From Clostridia bacterium (GTDB taxonomy: Bacteria > Bacillota > Clostridia > Oscillospirales > Acutalibacteraceae), in assembly GCA_017409845.1 (NCBI GenBank), contig JAFQRY010000023.1, forward strand, positions 4,006-36,005: a stretch of DNA of 32,000 bases, written 5' to 3'. Position numbers and translations under genes: made by a program. The notes beneath the pieces were generated by a model. It was not told where the DNA came from, did not search any database, and was given only the letters and a program-made list of their open reading frames with translations. Below, in pieces: positions 28,134 through 32,000 of the stretch. Numbering within the stretch: position 1 is the stretch's first letter; each line of letters opens with the position of its first letter.

Positions 28134-30299
28134 ATGACAGATATAGTAAAAATCGATCCTTTCCTTTACGGATATTTTCTTGATGAGACTCTCGAACACG
28201 GCGAGAGAGTCGGTCTTGCTCTGCTTTATGCCTCAAAGAATATCGAGATTAAGTTTTCACGCCGATTGCTTCCTGAAACAGCATTCGAATCAAAATACGG
28301 CAGCTCAGGTTACTCTCCGTCAGAAGGGCTTTGGGTTTCTGATGAAAATATTCTTAAACTTACAGAAGAATTCCCTGAATACAGAGAAACACTTAACAAA
28401 TATCTGCGTGAATTAAAGCTTTTTAAAGATAAGGCAAAAAGACTTTTTTGCGATTCAACCGAAACTCTTGACCGTTCAGGTGCCGAATGGGGCGGCGGTT
28501 GGGGCGGCCATTCCAACCCGGATTACGGCAGAATAATCAATTACGGTACAGACCATATCCGTTCAATCATCGCCGAAAACCGTGATAAATATCCTGACGA
28601 GGCTTGGTTTTACCGTTCTTGTTCCTATGCCCTTGATGCAATAGATATCATCGGTGAAAGATACCGTTTATCTGCTCTTGAAAAGGCTGAAAACTGCGAA
28701 AAATCCGATGACAAAGCATTTCTTCTTCGCGTGGCAAAGGCATTTGAAACCGTACCTAAGAAGCCCGCTTATGACTTCACATCCGCAATGTGTTCTTTTA
28801 TGCTCATCTTTGCCCTTGACGGAAGTGATTCTCCTGGCCGTTTTGACCAATATATGTATCCCGCATATTCAAAAACCGAAAATAAAGAAGAGATAAGCGA
28901 TTTACTTGATAGACTGTGGGATTATTTCCACGACCACCGTTCCTGGAATCTCTGTATTTCGGGCAGCGACGAGAATTGGAATGACGAATCTAATAGGCTT
29001 ACATATGATATTCTTGATATAGTAAGAAAGAAAGGCTACAACACGCCTAACCTGACTTGCCGCATTCACAGAAACACACCCGACAAACTCTGGAATGCCA
29101 TTGCAGATACTCTTGCGACAGGAACGGGACTTCCCGCGCTCTACAATGATGATGTTGTTTGTGCTGCACTTGAAAAGATAGGCATTCCACCAGAAGACAG
29201 CCACGATTACTGCATGAACGGCTGTAATCAGATAGATATTCTCGGGAAAAGTCATATGGGTCTTGAAGACGGTGAAGTTGTTTTTGCCAAGTGTCTTGAA
29301 TTTGCACTTCACAACGGCGTGAATGCAATGAACGGCGAAAAAGTTTCCATTAAAACGGGCGACCCGAGAACCTTTGCAACCTACGAGAGATTTGAACGGG
29401 CTTTTATGGATCAGCTCGAATATGTAACATATAATTCCTGCAGCAGTGCAAACACATATCAGCACCTTCGTGGTGTGTTTGAACCTCATCCTTTTCGCTC
29501 CTGTCTTATTGAGGGTTGTCTTGAAAAAGGTCGTGACTACCGAAACGGAGGTCCGCTTTATAATCACGGACAGATTCTTGCAGAGGGTATTGCCGATGCA
29601 GGCGACAGTCTTTATGCAGTTAAAAAACTTGTTTACGACGAAAAGAAATACACAATGTCAGAGCTTATTGATGCTCTAAGCAAAAACTTTGAAGGGTACG
29701 AGCAGCTTCACCACGATTTTAAGAACTGTGAAAAATTCGGAAATGACATTGAAAATGTTGACTGGATAACTGCACGTGCACTCAACCGTTTCTTCACCGT
29801 TCTCAAGCGTAACAATACATACAGAGGCGGAGTGTTCACAGGCGGATGCAGTACATTTAACCGTGCCGCAGGCTACGGATGTCAGACTGCTGCTCTTCCA
29901 AACGGAAAACTTAAAGGTGAACCTCTCCTTGCGGACAGTATCGCCGCAACACCGGGTCGGGATACAAACGGACCAACGGCACAAATCAAATCCGTTCTCA
30001 GGTATAACCACACCGATGCTTGCAGCGGATTTGTTTTTCAGAATAAGTTTGAAAAGAAAATGTTTAACAGCGAGAAAGGAAAAGCTTCTTTCATTGCTCT
30101 TGCAAAAACATTTTTTTCATATGGCGGTCAGCAATACACCGTTACGGTTGTTTCTCCCAAAGACCTGCTTGATGCAAAAGAACATCCTGATAACCACCGC
30201 AATCTTATTGTCCGTGTCGGCGGCTACAGCGATTATTTCGTAAACCTCAATGAAGCACTTCAGGATAATGTCATTAAGAGAACATTTACGGAAATTTGA
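28134..30299 (+). CDS. glycyl radical enzyme (PFL-like superfamily), short (721 aa) and of unknown substrate
   Basis: C-terminal glycyl radical motif RVGGYSDYF (nt 30213-30239). Cys-loop-like DYCMNGCNQID (Cys at 29223-29225). It immediately follows the activase. Confidence 0.9.
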   Translation: MTDIVKIDPFLYGYFLDETLEHGERVGLALLYASKNIEIKFSRRLLPETAFESKYGSSGYSPSEGLWVSDENILKLTEEFPEYRETLNKYLRELKLFKDKAKRLFCDSTETLDRSGAEWGGGWGGHSNPDYGRIINYGTDHIRSIIAENRDKYPDEAWFYRSCSYALDAIDIIGERYRLSALEKAENCEKSDDKAFLLRVAKAFETVPKKPAYDFTSAMCSFMLIFALDGSDSPGRFDQYMYPAYSKTENKEEISDLLDRLWDYFHDHRSWNLCISGSDENWNDESNRLTYDILDIVRKKGYNTPNLTCRIHRNTPDKLWNAIADTLATGTGLPALYNDDVVCAALEKIGIPPEDSHDYCMNGCNQIDILGKSHMGLEDGEVVFAKCLEFALHNGVNAMNGEKVSIKTGDPRTFATYERFERAFMDQLEYVTYNSCSSANTYQHLRGVFEPHPFRSCLIEGCLEKGRDYRNGGPLYNHGQILAEGIADAGDSLYAVKKLVYDEKKYTMSELIDALSKNFEGYEQLHHDFKNCEKFGNDIENVDWITARALNRFFTVLKRNNTYRGGVFTGGCSTFNRAAGYGCQTAALPNGKLKGEPLLADSIAATPGRDTNGPTAQIKSVLRYNHTDACSGFVFQNKFEKKMFNSEKGKASFIALAKTFFSYGGQQYTVTVVSPKDLLDAKEHPDNHRNLIVRVGGYSDYFVNLNEALQDNVIKRTFTEI

Positions 30300-30331
30300 C
30301 TGCATAAATAAAAATCCGATGAGGTACAATT

Positions 30332-30615
30332 ATGCCTTCAAGTAAAGAATATCTGGATTTCATTTTAGAACAGTTATCCGAATTGGATTAAATATCATAC
30401 AAAGCGATATTGACGGCGGAATATATGACGACAAACTGTTTTGGAAACCCGTTAAATCAGCTGTTTCTCTTATATCTAACGCAACTTATGAATTCCCTTA
30501 TGAGTGGGCAAAAGAAATGCTGTTGGTCGATGATGTTGATGACCGGGATTTCCTTGCAAAGATTTTAACGTTATGTATAATCAGCTTCCGCTACCGAAGA
30601 AAAAGAGATGGATAA
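30332..30615 (+). pseudogene. degraded TfoX N-terminal-domain family gene
   Basis: MPSSKEYLDFILEQLSELD* (stop 30389-30391). Family-like pieces follow in other frames (GGIYDDKLFWKPVKSAVSLISNATYEFPYEWAKEMLLVDDVDDRDFLAKI, then FNVMYNQLPLPKKKR). At least one deletion and one further frameshift are implied. Confidence 0.6.
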
Positions 30616-30644
30616 ACAAGAATTTGACGAGGTGAGTATACAAC

Positions 30645-31574
30645 ATGAAGATTCATAATGCACAGTATAAAATCGATGATAGGAGTATTTTGAACTACTA
30701 TGAGGTTGGAACCGCAAAAAACAAATTATTACTGCTTCATGCCCAGGGGACAAACTCTTGTAGCTTTGATAATGTTGTTACAAAACTTGCAAAGTACTAC
30801 CATGTGTACATGGTAGATTATTACGGACACGGAAAGAGTTCCCGCAATCCAGAAAAATACAATCTGGTCAGTATCGGCAGCGACATCATGGACTTTATTG
30901 AAAATGTGATTTGTGATTCTGTTGCCGTGTTGGGTCATTCGTCAGGTGGACTGATTGCAGCATACATTGCAGCACAATCTCCCAGATGCACCAAACTAAT
31001 ACTGGAAGACCCTCCGTTCTTTTCAAGCTGGGGCGAAAGAAGATATAATACATACAATTACAAGGATTTATCCTCTGTCTGCCATAATTTCCTTTTGCAG
31101 GATGTGGAAAAAGATTTCGTCTATTATTATTTCAAGAATCAGTATTGCTGGAATTTCTTCCCCGATGAATCCAGAGAAACTGTCAGAGAAAAACTGAGTG
31201 GTTTTGCATTGAAATACCGAACCAAACATCCCGACAATAATCTGAAAGTTCTGTTTTGGCCTAAAAAGTTTTTAGAAGGCTTTAATGGCCTGCAATACTA
31301 TGACCCTCATTTTGGAGAAGCCTTTTATAACGATTCATTCAATGATACGGTTGATTACATTGACCTTCTTTCTAAAATCAAATGCAAAACTCTGTTTATG
31401 AAAGCAAAGACAACGATTGGTGAAAATGGTTTGTTGCAAGGCGCATTGTCTGATGAAGATTTACAAAAGGTCGGTGCATTGATTCAAAACATGAAAATCC
31501 AATATTTTGATTGCGGTCACGGCATTCACTCTGAAAAACCGAAACAGTTTGTGGAAGCGGTACTTTCAATTTGA
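30645..31574 (+). CDS. alpha/beta hydrolase fold protein
   Basis: GAGGTGA RBS. HG oxyanion region (YYGHGKS). Nucleophile elbow GHSSGG. C-terminal CGHGIH with the catalytic His. Confidence 0.8.
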   Translation: MKIHNAQYKIDDRSILNYYEVGTAKNKLLLLHAQGTNSCSFDNVVTKLAKYYHVYMVDYYGHGKSSRNPEKYNLVSIGSDIMDFIENVICDSVAVLGHSSGGLIAAYIAAQSPRCTKLILEDPPFFSSWGERRYNTYNYKDLSSVCHNFLLQDVEKDFVYYYFKNQYCWNFFPDESRETVREKLSGFALKYRTKHPDNNLKVLFWPKKFLEGFNGLQYYDPHFGEAFYNDSFNDTVDYIDLLSKIKCKTLFMKAKTTIGENGLLQGALSDEDLQKVGALIQNMKIQYFDCGHGIHSEKPKQFVEAVLSI

Positions 31575-31602
31575 CGAATTCCAATTTGTCTAACAGCATA
31601 TA

Positions 31603-31628
31603 TCGGCACCCACTAGGGTGCCGATTTT
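31603..31628. terminator. terminator between convergent genes
   Basis: TCGGCACCC-acta-GGGTGCCGA followed by TTTT. Confidence 0.8.
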
Positions 31629-31643
31629 GCATCTTAACAGAAT

Positions 31644-32000
31644 TCATGATCCGAGCTGCTGTCCGAACAATTCGCCGGGACTCCAGTCGAAGCTAAAGTC
31701 GCTGCTACCTGCACTTTGGCAACGGCTTTCCAAGAAGTTTGGATTGAGCCGGATGCGGTCCAGGAAGTAGCAGAGCTCGGCGTGGGTTGCGTTCACGACT
31801 TCGCCCTCACCATAGAGGTATGCATCTGCATGGACTTGGACGGTTTCGTCGGAGTCGATGTCCAGGAGGAACCATTCGAGCTGAACGGATTCCGTCAGAT
31901 CTTCGTACTCCTTGGGGATGCCGCTGATGAGGAAAGCTTCTGACTGATCAGCGGACTGGACTTTTACCTGGGAAAAGAGAATTGCTATAGGGATCACCTC
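31644..32000 (-). CDS. acidic hypothetical protein, probably 5-prime truncated by the window edge; visibly higher GC than its neighbours
   Basis: Open frame from the window end to TGA at 31644-31646. No ATG near the top, so the track start is a GTG at 31997. Its composition contrasts with the flanking AT-rich genes. Confidence 0.5.
   Translation of the reverse strand, partial: EVIPIAILFSQVKVQSADQSEAFLISGIPKEYEDLTESVQLEWFLLDIDSDETVQVHADAYLYGEGEVVNATHAELCYFLDRIRLNPNFLESRCQSAGSSDFSFDWSPGELFGQQLGS

Overview
The window is a mosaic accessory region of a low-GC, Firmicutes/Clostridia-like genome, judged from SD-type RBSs, codon style and gene families. It reads as five blocks.

- **(1) 1-2.0 kb:** secreted GH16 glycosidase and a VOC/glyoxalase gene.
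- **(2) about 2.0-11.4 kb:** a decayed mobile-element patchwork. It holds two adjacent frameshifted genes (a small ICE-type protein and TnpV), then a LuxR-type regulator, a small Cys protein and a 1220-aa secreted protein. That large protein has a possible beta-pore-former-like Ser/Thr-rich segment and about 12 Cys-rich repeats. Next come a repeat- and palindrome-rich non-coding stretch, RHH (MobC-like) genes, and a 5-prime-truncated large serine recombinase.
- **(3) 11.4-15.5 kb:** an HTH-fused HipA-like kinase, a BNR/Asp-box propeller protein, a small ICE-type protein and a secreted esterase.
- **(4) 15.5-25.7 kb:** a defence island ending in xis plus a tyrosine integrase that carries an in-frame TGA. 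Its core is a tightly coupled minus-strand operon, fic-hsdM-(membrane ORF)-hsdS-(HEPN-motif ORF)-hsdR. The two extra ORFs embedded in this type I R-M operon are the best candidate for an undescribed defence add-on.
- **(5) 25.8-32 kb:** an FAD oxidoreductase, a glycyl-radical activase plus a short atypical glycyl-radical enzyme, a TfoX-like pseudogene, an alpha/beta hydrolase, and a GC-richer partial ORF at the edge.

No rRNA, intact tRNA or CRISPR array was seen. All functional calls rest on motif recognition by eye and need HMM/BLAST confirmation.
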